A stretch of 64,000 nucleotides of DNA, from contig JABLTJ010000008.1 in the NCBI GenBank assembly GCA_013166775.1, positions 52,564 to 116,563 of the forward strand. The letters run 5' to 3'. This DNA is from Promethearchaeati archaeon (lineage in GTDB: Archaea; Asgardarchaeota; Heimdallarchaeia; Heimdallarchaeales; Heimdallarchaeaceae). Below the pieces are notes generated by a model. The model saw only the letters and a program-made list of their open reading frames with translations, was not told where the DNA came from and made no database searches. Positions 29,340 to 39,200 of this stretch are shown piece after piece. Each line of letters opens with the position of its first letter. Within the stretch, counting starts at the first letter, position 1. The translations under genes were made by a program, and so were the position numbers.

Positions 29340-30524
29340 ATGTCTTCATCTTTGTCTAAATTTCTGAAGAAAATTGATATCAAAGAAACTGCAATTATGA
29401 TTGTTATTGCAATCGCTTTATTCTTTCTTGTTAAGATGATGTTTGGTGGTGTTTTAGGAGTATCATTGGTAGTCATAGAAAATGGACCATGTCCAAATTC
29501 TTCAATGTGTCCTACATATGATCAAGGAGATATGTTTCTCATATTCAAAAATAAACCAGAAAACATTCAACTTGGAGATGTAATTGTTTATGAATCTGCA
29601 ACAGTATATAGCAGAGGAACTTTAATCATTCACAGAGTTGTTAATATTACAGTTATAACTGATACTGAGGGTGATCACTATTATTTTCTAGTAAGTGGAG
29701 ATAATCCATCTTCAAATAACTATATAGATTATTATGACTCAACAACTCACTTTATACCCTATGAAGCTGTTTTAGGGAAAACAAAACTTATCATTCCCAA
29801 ACTTGGGTACGTAAAACTCTGGTTATCCATTCCAGATTTTATCTGGCTACGTTATGTTTTAATTGCAGTACTTCTAGGCCTAGCAGTATATTTGATATTC
29901 GCACCTGATGATAAAGATAAGAAGAAGAAAGATGAAGAACAAGAGAAAACAGATGCTGAAGTAACAAAAGAAGAATCCAAAGAAGAAGATTCAAAATTTA
30001 GTTTTAAAGACATACTTAATACTTTCTGGATTAAAACAAAGAAATTTTTTGTCGAACTTGTTACTGTTCGCAAGAAAAGAATTAAGTTAATTATTACTGC
30101 TTCAGTAATCATCTTCCTAATAATTTTCATACCGGTGCTTGACACTTTGATTAAATCACCTGGTGTCGAAACAGGAATCGATAATGTTGTTCTCTTATCA
30201 GCTACAAGCTTTATTGGAGAAGATATTGTATTTCTCCCATTCAACATCTATTTCAAACACGATGGTTCATGGAACACAGTTCTAAAGAGTTTTGAAGTGA
30301 TTGGAATACAAAATGGTTCTATTTTGGCAACAATGAAATGGGGATCGTACACTCAAATTGAAGGTGATAATATCATAGGAGGCTCTTTAATTTTCGATTC
30401 AAATCAGTTTAATGCCAATGAATCACTTACAATTAGCATTTCTTATATTATACATTACAGATTTGGTTCAGATGTACCTCAAGTATTTGAGGATATTTTT
30501 GACCCGCCCTATTTGCAAATTTAA
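29340..30524 (+). CDS. sec11: Signal peptidase I (Sec11/S26B type) with C-terminal TM plus beta-sandwich extension
   Basis: SSMCPTYDQGD (catalytic Ser), GDVIVY, IIHRVV (His), GDN, IPKLGY. Confidence 0.9.
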   Translation: MSSSLSKFLKKIDIKETAIMIVIAIALFFLVKMMFGGVLGVSLVVIENGPCPNSSMCPTYDQGDMFLIFKNKPENIQLGDVIVYESATVYSRGTLIIHRVVNITVITDTEGDHYYFLVSGDNPSSNNYIDYYDSTTHFIPYEAVLGKTKLIIPKLGYVKLWLSIPDFIWLRYVLIAVLLGLAVYLIFAPDDKDKKKKDEEQEKTDAEVTKEESKEEDSKFSFKDILNTFWIKTKKFFVELVTVRKKRIKLIITASVIIFLIIFIPVLDTLIKSPGVETGIDNVVLLSATSFIGEDIVFLPFNIYFKHDGSWNTVLKSFEVIGIQNGSILATMKWGSYTQIEGDNIIGGSLIFDSNQFNANESLTISISYIIHYRFGSDVPQVFEDIFDPPYLQI

Positions 30525-30561
30525 AAAGAAAGCTCCCTCTACTCTATATTACTATAAAACA

Positions 30562-31428
30562 TCATATATTCTCTTTTATCTTTAATGGAATTTCATTAGG
30601 GGTTTTTACAGTGGTTATACCTGCTTCACTAAGTATTCTCATCTTTTCTTGAGCTGTGCCTGATTTACCATGAACAATAGCGCCAGCGTGACCCATTTGT
30701 TTTCCAGGAGGTGCTGTCTGACCGGCAATAAATCCATAAACTGGTTTAGAAATTTCAGTTTTAACTAAATCTGCTGCTTCTTGTTCTCCTGTTCCACCAA
30801 TCTCCCCAACTAGAACGATGTGCTCTGTCTGTGGATCTTCTTCAAACCATTTCAAGCATTCATTAAATCCTATCCCTTTTATTGGATCACCACCTAATCC
30901 TACACAGGTTGATTGACCAAAATCATTGATTGTTAGATTCTGAATAATTTCATAGGTTAATGTTCCACTTCTACTTACTATTCCAACATTACCTTGTTTG
31001 CATATTTCTCCTGGAATTATACCTATCTTACTCTCTCCTGGAGTGATTATACCAGGGCAATTGGGACCAATCATTATTACATTTTCTTCCTGTACTCTTT
31101 GTTTGATTTTAGCGGTATCCTTGATTGGCACTCCTTCAGTAATAACGGTAAGCAATTCAATCCCTGCATCAATTGCTTCTAAAGCAGCAGAATAGGTGAA
31201 TCTTGCAGGAATGAAAATAACAGAAGCTGTTGCTTGTGTCTCTTTGACTGCTTCTTTCATGCTATCATAAACAGGAACTCCCAAATGCTCTTGTCCCCCT
31301 TTTCCTGGAGTTACTCCTGCTACAACTTTTGTTCCATATTCTATCATAGACCGTGCATGAAAAGTTCCTTGTTTTCCTGTGATGCCTTGAACAATAACTC
31401 TTGTGTTTTTATCTAATATAATTGCCAT
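30562..31428 (-). CDS. sucD: Succinyl-CoA synthetase alpha subunit
   Basis: VQGITGKQG, GPNCPG, SRSGTLTYE, GEIGG, MGHAGA. Confidence 0.97.
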   Translation of the reverse strand: MAIILDKNTRVIVQGITGKQGTFHARSMIEYGTKVVAGVTPGKGGQEHLGVPVYDSMKEAVKETQATASVIFIPARFTYSAALEAIDAGIELLTVITEGVPIKDTAKIKQRVQEENVIMIGPNCPGIITPGESKIGIIPGEICKQGNVGIVSRSGTLTYEIIQNLTINDFGQSTCVGLGGDPIKGIGFNECLKWFEEDPQTEHIVLVGEIGGTGEQEAADLVKTEISKPVYGFIAGQTAPPGKQMGHAGAIVHGKSGTAQEKMRILSEAGITTVKTPNEIPLKIKENI

Positions 31429-31429
31429 T

Positions 31430-32572
31430 TTAGTTTCCTCCTTTTACAAGTTCAACAATTCTTTTTGCTGCAGGTTCCATTTTTCCATAAGCGTTAATAC
31501 CATTTTCTTCCAGTATCTGAATGCCCAGATCATCATTAGTACCAACAAGTCGTATCACCATTGGAACTTTAATTTCATATTTTTTTGATGCATTGATAAT
31601 CCCATTTGCAACGTCATCACATCGAGTTATTCCCGCAAAGAAGTTTACAAAAATTCCTTTGATATTCTGCCTTGAAAGAATTTCCAGAGATTTCTCAATT
31701 TTAGTTTCATCAGCACCACCACCAACATCTAGAAAATTAGAAGGTGAGCTTCCATAAAATTCCAGCAAGTCACAAGTTGCCATTGCAAGTCCAGCACCAC
31801 CAGATATTATTCCAATCTCTCCGTCAAGTTGTACATAACTTATACCTGATTGATCAGCTTCAAATTCTAAATCGGTATGTCTGTCTCTTTGAGATTTAAG
31901 ATTTGCAATATCAAGTTGTCGATAATCAGCGTTTCCATCGATAACAACTTTTGAATCAGCAGCAATTATCTGCTTATCAGGAGTTAAAATCAAGGGATTA
32001 ATTTCTATAAGTGTAAGGTCTCTTTTTTGTGCCATTTTAAACATGTTAGTCATAATATTGGTGAACGAGGTTAGAGTTCGAGCTTCAAATCCAAGTTTTT
32101 TTCCAAGGTCTATGAACATGTAAGGCTGTGGTTCACTAAAAACAGAAAAATAATCTTTGTAAATTTCATCAGGATATTTTTCTGCTACCTCTTCAATGTC
32201 AACTCCACCTCGTGAACTAGCTAAAACCAGATATTTGCTAGATGCATTATCAAGCATTATAGACAAATAATACTCGTTTTCAATTTCCATTGGTTCTTCA
32301 AGCATGACTAAATCGACAGGTTTTCCTCTATGATCTCTACCAAGTATACTTTGAATATAGTCTTCTGCTTCAGATGTTTTAACTTTTTTTATCAACCCAG
32401 CTTTTCCTCTTCCTCCTGAAAGAGCTTGAGCTTTAGCCATCATGATGTCATTACCTAATTCTTCAGCAAAAGTCTTGATACTGGAAACTCCATCGTAAGC
32501 TTTGAATTTCGGAACAGGAATTCTGTTCTCTTTGAATAATTGTTTTCCCTCAATTTCATAAAGCATTGGCAT
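31430..32572 (-). CDS. sucC: Succinyl-CoA synthetase beta subunit
   Basis: GGRGKAG, GGVDIEEVA, EINPL, GAGLAMAT, NFLDVGGG, GITRCD, IRLVGTN. Confidence 0.97.
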   Translation of the reverse strand: MPMLYEIEGKQLFKENRIPVPKFKAYDGVSSIKTFAEELGNDIMMAKAQALSGGRGKAGLIKKVKTSEAEDYIQSILGRDHRGKPVDLVMLEEPMEIENEYYLSIMLDNASSKYLVLASSRGGVDIEEVAEKYPDEIYKDYFSVFSEPQPYMFIDLGKKLGFEARTLTSFTNIMTNMFKMAQKRDLTLIEINPLILTPDKQIIAADSKVVIDGNADYRQLDIANLKSQRDRHTDLEFEADQSGISYVQLDGEIGIISGGAGLAMATCDLLEFYGSSPSNFLDVGGGADETKIEKSLEILSRQNIKGIFVNFFAGITRCDDVANGIINASKKYEIKVPMVIRLVGTNDDLGIQILEENGINAYGKMEPAAKRIVELVKGGN

Positions 32573-32691
32573 ATTGTAACCAACTGGCTTTGAAGTCTTT
32601 TTAAGGTCTTTGAAGTAAGCTCATAATATGTTCAAGGAAAATATGTTCAATACTCTCTATATCGATTGTAAAATAGAAAGAGATTGTTAAG

Positions 32692-33003
32692 TTATTTTAC
32701 GAATTCAACTCTTTTAGTTCGTGGATATGATAATACCCATTTCTTACTACATTCTGGGCAAGTAAGTCTTAAATCCACCTTTTTAGAGGTTTTAGAAGCC
32801 ATCTTTGTTTGAGTGACTGGTCTCTTACTAAATCTGCCTTTATTACCATACCCTCGTCTCTTACGCTTCTCTCTTCTAGACATTGCGGAAAATCCTCCTT
32901 TTCTTCTAGCACTTTTTTCTTGCTTTACTTTCATACTTTGGTGTTTTCCACAATTTGGGCAGTATTTATTCATTATTTCTGGTATTTTAACCATTTTCGT
33001 CAC
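32692..33003 (-). CDS. rpl44e: 50S ribosomal protein L44e (eL42)
   Basis: YCPNCGKH, RGYG, KTSKKVDLRLTCPEC. Confidence 0.93.
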   Translation of the reverse strand: MTKMVKIPEIMNKYCPNCGKHQSMKVKQEKSARRKGGFSAMSRREKRKRRGYGNKGRFSKRPVTQTKMASKTSKKVDLRLTCPECSKKWVLSYPRTKRVEFVK

Positions 33004-33066
33004 TCACCATAGTGCTTGGACTAGTATTTTTATTTGTTTCCTTTTGTGAGTATGATGAAGGAAATA

Positions 33067-33384
33067 TCAAACTTCTCTAAGAGCTTGAATATCTCTTAGT
33101 TTTTGCAAAGGTATAACCTGAAAGGTTCTGTTAGGCATTTCTCGTCTTATACTCAACGGAAGAATTTTAGCTCTTAATTCCATCTCTGCAATTACAAGAG
33201 GTGATTTTGCTTCAAGATTTTCCATTTGTAGAAGAACGGGAGCTCCCATACTTAGTTGGAGTGCACGAGCACCGACAATTCTTGCTCTTTCAAAGCGAGT
33301 AATACGATCAGGACCAACCTTCACTGATTTCGATACAATTTCTAACTCCTTCTCTGTTGCGTCCTCATCTGTAATAAGTGCCAT
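33067..33384 (-). CDS. rpoK: RNA polymerase subunit K (Rpo6)
   Basis: [28 protein letters not shown]. Confidence 0.96.
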   Translation of the reverse strand: MALITDEDATEKELEIVSKSVKVGPDRITRFERARIVGARALQLSMGAPVLLQMENLEAKSPLVIAEMELRAKILPLSIRREMPNRTFQVIPLQKLRDIQALREV

Positions 33385-33727
33385 AATCGTTCACCAAAAC
33401 CTATCAACTGAGATTACAAATTCAGACGCTTGTCTCATCTTAAAAATATTTAGTTAGATGGGAAATTAGAGGGATACTTAATAAAAACTTTATTGTAATG
33501 CTTTGCTGATAAAAATATGTGCAATTGGAAATATTTTAATACCGACACAAAAGCAGAAAACTGATGGAATTTGAAGTGATTGGGCTCTAGAACTGTGAAA
33601 GTTCATTTGCATATCTGGAAAAACTTTAATAAGAAATTAACACCGAATTAAACAGACAGAGCGAGAAGAAAAACAACACTTATAAAACCACTACGAAAAG
33701 TAAAATAATAAAACGGAATGTCAGTAC

Positions 33728-34294
33728 ATGAGCATGTTTGGTTCGTTTTCCTCATGGTTGAGAGCAAAACTAAAGAAAGAGCAAAAGGCTAAAATATTGA
33801 TATTAGGGCTGGATGCAGCAGGTAAAACAACCTTAACTCGATTTATGAGATTTGGTAGATTTGCAGAAAACCTCACACCGACCATCGGGCAAAACATTGA
33901 GTCGTTTGAATTTGAAGGATGGACTATAACAGCTATAGATGTTGCAGGACAATCACATTTTCGTTTCCTATGGGAAGCACATTATCCAGGATGTAGTGCT
34001 GTTATTTTTGTTATTGATGCAGCTGATATTGAGCGTCTTCCTGAAGCAAGAGACGTACTCAAGACTCATGTTTTTAACAACCCTTACATGGAAAATGTGC
34101 CTACATTAATCATGGCAAACAAGCAAGATCTCCCTGGAGCAGTAGAGGCCCCATTATTAATACAAATGTTAGGGTTGCATCTTGATTTGAAAGATAGAAC
34201 ATTCGCTGTTTTTGATACTAGTATTCTACATGGGAAGGGAATTAAAGAAGCATTTACTTGGCTTGTAAATGAACTAGATACACATCTAGAATAA
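33728..34294 (+). CDS. Arf-family small GTPase with N-terminal amphipathic helix
   Basis: ILILGLDAAGKTT, PTIG, DVAGQ..FR.LW..HY, FVIDAAD, ANKQD. Confidence 0.92.
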   Translation: MSMFGSFSSWLRAKLKKEQKAKILILGLDAAGKTTLTRFMRFGRFAENLTPTIGQNIESFEFEGWTITAIDVAGQSHFRFLWEAHYPGCSAVIFVIDAADIERLPEARDVLKTHVFNNPYMENVPTLIMANKQDLPGAVEAPLLIQMLGLHLDLKDRTFAVFDTSILHGKGIKEAFTWLVNELDTHLE

Positions 34295-34315
34295 TTCTTT
34301 CAAAATAATTCTGAT

Positions 34316-35602
34316 TTACTTTGTTTTCTGTTTAAATTTAAATTTAGCAAGAAAACCACCAATATTGCCAGTTTCAATAGGATCCAAAAAAATTGATGAA
34401 TTTCTTAAATCCAACGAGATTCCTTTTGTATCTATAACTGGAACTTCCCTAGATTTGAATATTTTCTTTGATTGAAGGATTCTTATTTCCTCTGGAAAGC
34501 TCTGACTCTCATAATATGCTTTCTCCAATATTTTCTTGAATATTCCTTCATTCTCTAAATAATCCATAGAATGAGTAGTATAAGTTACTGATGCATTCTC
34601 ATGCAGGCATCTATAAAGGTAGGTAATTATGTTCGCCTGTGCTTTCGTCATCTCTCTCAATCTTCCTGCACTAAGATTTGAAGAAAAAACAGGTTTAACA
34701 GCAGTTCTTGAATTCTGTAATCCAAGATATACAGAGCTATATTTCATTTCATGAATCTCTCTCAAAAAGGAAAGAAAGGGAACATGTAATAATCTAATTG
34801 CTCTTGTTTTGATTCTTTCAATTTGCCTTGATATAGCTTTAACTTGTAACTCATTTTGAGCTATAACCGTTATAGGTGTTTTATGATTTGTTAGCTCTGC
34901 AATATAACATGCAACTTCACCTCTATCGCTTGAAGCTACAAGGATATTATCTAATTTATCTAAATATAATGATTTTACTCCAAGTGCTTGAACTGGGGTT
35001 AATATATTAAAGAAACCTCTTCTGTAAAAACTAAGTTCTGTTAAGGGAGGTGCATATCCATGAGAATCTGTTACTTTTACAACAGTCATTTGGTGAAGTG
35101 AATGAATCTCCTTACTGTTTACCTCTGCTGTTCCTGCTGCAATTATGCTCCCTGTGTGGTCTAGTATCTTTACTTTGTCACCAGAGACAAACTTGTCATT
35201 CTTTACTATTGAAGCTGTATGGACATCTTTTCCTAAAGAAATATTCGAAGAAGATTCGATATCAACTATAACAGAAGGAATTTCAGAATCCTTAATTGAG
35301 AAATCTCTCTTCTCTACTTTGACCTCGAGAAAATCATCAAACAAGTGATGTTTTTGTACATTATACTCCATATCCTCGAAAATTATACGAAGAGAATCAA
35401 AATCAATTCTACTTGTATTCACTTGAACCCAAATAGTGTCATATGGGTTTCTTAGATTCTCTATAATCTGCAGAGTTTTGTCCAATCCAAATGATGTAAT
35501 CCAATGATTCAGCAAGCTATCTGCATAATCATATTTTTTTACAAGTTCTCTAGATAATTCTATTGAATCATCTGGTTCTTCTGGAGATGACATATAATGC
35601 AA
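34316..35602 (-). CDS. PUA-domain RsmB/NOP2/NSUN6-like m5C RNA methyltransferase homologue, catalytic motifs degenerate
   Basis: WVQVNT N-terminal domain, PUA-like GDKVKILD...IAAG, C-terminal ENE and GGFLAKF; motif cysteines absent. Confidence 0.7.
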   Translation of the reverse strand: MHYMSSPEEPDDSIELSRELVKKYDYADSLLNHWITSFGLDKTLQIIENLRNPYDTIWVQVNTSRIDFDSLRIIFEDMEYNVQKHHLFDDFLEVKVEKRDFSIKDSEIPSVIVDIESSSNISLGKDVHTASIVKNDKFVSGDKVKILDHTGSIIAAGTAEVNSKEIHSLHQMTVVKVTDSHGYAPPLTELSFYRRGFFNILTPVQALGVKSLYLDKLDNILVASSDRGEVACYIAELTNHKTPITVIAQNELQVKAISRQIERIKTRAIRLLHVPFLSFLREIHEMKYSSVYLGLQNSRTAVKPVFSSNLSAGRLREMTKAQANIITYLYRCLHENASVTYTTHSMDYLENEGIFKKILEKAYYESQSFPEEIRILQSKKIFKSREVPVIDTKGISLDLRNSSIFLDPIETGNIGGFLAKFKFKQKTK

Positions 35603-35711
35603 TATGCTTTCAGTTTTCTAGCTTTAAGAATATTTTTGAAACAGTGTAAGTTAAAGCCTCATCAAAAAATTGAAAAACAAGCTCAATTCTGAACCCTATA
35701 GAGGATAATTA

Positions 35712-36209
35712 ATGGAACAGAAATCCTTTATTAGACAAGCGGATTTAGGAGACATAAATGCAATAATAAAGATAAATAGGCAATGTCTCCCCGAGAACTA
35801 TTCCTTTGATTTCTTCTATAGAATTATAACTGATTTTGGTTTTGCATGTGTGGTTGCAGAACAAGATGGTAAAGTAATTGGTTATCTCCTCTCCAGATTA
35901 GAACGTCCTTTTTCTTCCTTTCTTGGCATGAATCCAGCAAAAGGCCATGTAATCTCAATCGCAGTATTACCTAAATATCGACGGCAAGGATTGGGTTTTG
36001 AGATTATGAAATATGGTATGAAGAAATTAATTGAACAGAAGGTTTCATCAGTTTATCTTGAAGTAAGAGTTTCCAATATTGCTGCAGTTGAAATGTACAA
36101 AAAATTAGGTTTTTACATAAAAAGGGAACATAAGGAATATTATAGAGATGGAGAGTCTGCGCTCGTAATGGAATGGGGTAAAAGAAAAGAAAATGAAGAC
36201 AATTTATAA
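35712..36209 (+). CDS. N-alpha-acetyltransferase, Ard1/RimI family
   Basis: CLPENY, GHVISIAV, RRQGLG, LEVRVSN, YYRDGESA. Confidence 0.93.
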   Translation: MEQKSFIRQADLGDINAIIKINRQCLPENYSFDFFYRIITDFGFACVVAEQDGKVIGYLLSRLERPFSSFLGMNPAKGHVISIAVLPKYRRQGLGFEIMKYGMKKLIEQKVSSVYLEVRVSNIAAVEMYKKLGFYIKREHKEYYRDGESALVMEWGKRKENEDNL

Positions 36210-36244
36210 TAATAATTCATCTCAATGACACTCAAATATATATA

Positions 36245-39200
36245 GTGAAAAACTTACCTAAAAGTAACATAATGACTCTGCATTATCTTGACCAGCCTTC
36301 TACAACAGGAGATATATTCTCCTTTCTTGCTGAGGAAATAAAAGATTGGTTTACATCTAGCTTTCCTAGTGGATTTACTCTACCTCAGTTGTATGCTATT
36401 CCATCCATACACAATAGAAGAAATACTCTGGTTTTTAGTTCGACAGGATCAGGTAAAACTTTTGCAGCATTCTTAGCTGCGATAAACGAACTATTTGTGG
36501 AATCTAAGAAAGGTACTTTGAAAGATCAAATTTATGTTCTTTATATCTCTCCCCTCAAAGCATTGGGTAATGACATAAGAAAAAATTTAGAAGAACCCTT
36601 ACAAGGAATTCAAGATTTAGCTGCAGCAAATAATATAGTTATCCCCAAGATAAGAGCAGAGGTGAGGACAGGAGATACAACTCAAGCTGAAAGAACTCGA
36701 ATGCTGAAAACACCCCCACATATATTGATTACAACACCTGAGAGCTTAGGTTTAATTCTCACATCACCAAAATTTTCTCAACATCTAAAGAGTGTAAGGT
36801 GGATAGTACTAGATGAAATTCATGAAGTAAGCTCCAACAAAAGAGGAGTATTCTTGTCTCTTTGTTTGGAATACCTTCAAGCAGAAATTACTAATCAAAA
36901 AGTTACAAAAATAGGATTGTCAGCAACTCAAGCACCAATTGAAGAGATTGCTAGATTTTTAGTGGGTTTAGATGATGATGGAAAAGAGAATGAGTGTTAC
37001 ATAGCTAATTTACCTCCACAAAGAAAGCTGGATTTGGAGGTTAAAAGTCCAGTTAAAGATCTTCTGCACACACCTTATGTTATGGCCCAAGAAGGAATTT
37101 ACACTATACTTTCAGACCTAATTCTTGATCACGAAACTTCTATTATTTTTACTAATACAAGAAAAGGAGCTGAAAGTGTTGCTTTTAAACTAAAAGAGTT
37201 TCTTGGTGATGAATACTCATCTTTAATAGCTGTTCATCATTCGAGTTTATCTAGAGAGATAAGACTTGATGTTGAAGATAGATTAAAAAACAATGAATTA
37301 TTGGCAGCTGTAACCTCAACATCTCTAGAATTGGGTATAGACATAGGAAGTGTAGAGCTAGTAGCACAGATAGGCTCTCCAAGAACTGTAGCAAAGTATA
37401 TGCAGAGAGTTGGACGAAGTGGGCACTCTCTTGATAGATTTGCAAAAGGAAGGTTAATTGTTACAGACAGGGATGATGCAATAGAATGTGCTGTAATAAA
37501 TAAAAGCACTTATAGTCGTGACATAGATAAAGTTCAAATCCCGAGAAACTGTTTGGATGTCCTTGCACAATTTGTTGTTGCTATGTCAATAAACAAAAGG
37601 TGGCAAGTGGATGAAGCTTATCGATTAATAAAGAGATCTTATAATTTTCAATCACTTAAATTTACAGATTTTATTAATGTCCTTGAATATCTGGGAGGTC
37701 ACAATCTTGAAATGGAGGAAAGGAAGGTATACAGAAAGATATGGTATGATCACCAGGAAAAGGCATTTGGAAAGAAAAGAAATACACGCATGATATTTTA
37801 TACAAATGTAGGAACAATCCCAGATAGTTCAGATTTCAGAGTTGAATTGGAAACATATCGAACAAGACTAGGAATGCTTTCTGAGAAATTTGTAGAAAGG
37901 TTAACTCCAGGAGATATATTTGTTCTTGGAAGTCATACATACCAGTTCAGAAGAACTGTTGGATCTAGAGTTGTGGTCTCAGAAGCGTTTGGAAGAAGAC
38001 CAACTATACCAAACTGGATAGGAGAAGACCTACCTAGATCATTTGAGTTATCACAACAGATTGGTAGATTCATTGAAGTAGTTGCTCAAAAAATCCAAAA
38101 AGAAGATGATGTTGAAGTCAAAGATTGGGTAATAAGGTCTTTTCAAGTTGATGAAATAGTAGCTCAGACAATAGTCGACTATGTCAGAGAACAATTACTC
38201 TTCTTGAATACTGTTCCAAGTGATAAAAGATTGTTAATTGAATCTTTCATCGATCCACAAGGAAGATTGAATCTTATCTTTCATTGTTATTATGGAAGAA
38301 GAGTAAACGATGCGTTATCTAGATCTTTCGCATATGCAATAGGAAAAAAGATTGACGCGGATGTAGGTTCCGCAGTAAACGACAATGGTTTTCTATTAAT
38401 GCTCCCCTTGAATAAAATGATTGATACAGCAATCATTCCAGATTTGGTATCTTCAGAAAATCTTGAAACAATACTCAAACAAGCTATAATTAACACCGAA
38501 CTCTTTCAAACAAGATTCAGACATGTTGCAAATAGAGCATTAATGATTCTTAGAAGGAATGTAGATCGAAATGTTCCTGTTTCCAGACAATCTATGTACG
38601 CAAAAAGAATCTTCACAGTAATTAAAGATCAAGAAAATTTCTGTATAATTAAAGAGACATATAGAGAAATATTAAGAGACTATATGGATCTAGAAAATTC
38701 AATAAATGTTCTCAACAAATTAGAGAAAGGGCTTTTCAAATATGAAATCACACCTCTTTCTGACATTTCTAGCCCCTTCTCTCATGGTATAGTGTTGTTG
38801 GGAGTAGCAGATATCGTGCAAATTTCAGATCGTAGTGCTTTACTTAGAGAATTACATCAACAAGTTCTTGCTAAAGTATTTGGAAAAGAAGGAACTAAAG
38901 AAATTCTCTTCAGCAAAGAATTAGTTACTAGAATCTTTGATAATAGAAGCTACAAAAATGACGAATTACCCATTTCTACACTAAAACAATTAAGAAGTGC
39001 AATTAAAGCACTAGCTCCAATCAGAACAATTGAAAGTGTTGATCCCAGTATCTATCATTCATCTATTTCAGATTCCAAACAGATAAAAAAATGGGTTCTT
39101 TCTCTCCATAATAGTAAGGAGCTTTTAGAGATTCACATTGCTAAAGGAGAAAGAAGAACCATACTCGTTAATGATTTTCAGATTTTCTGGAATGTGTATG

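Noticed and set aside
33385-33727. 343-bp intergenic gap as an ncRNA
   Set aside because: AT-rich with no convincing stems or box sets; consistent with divergent promoters
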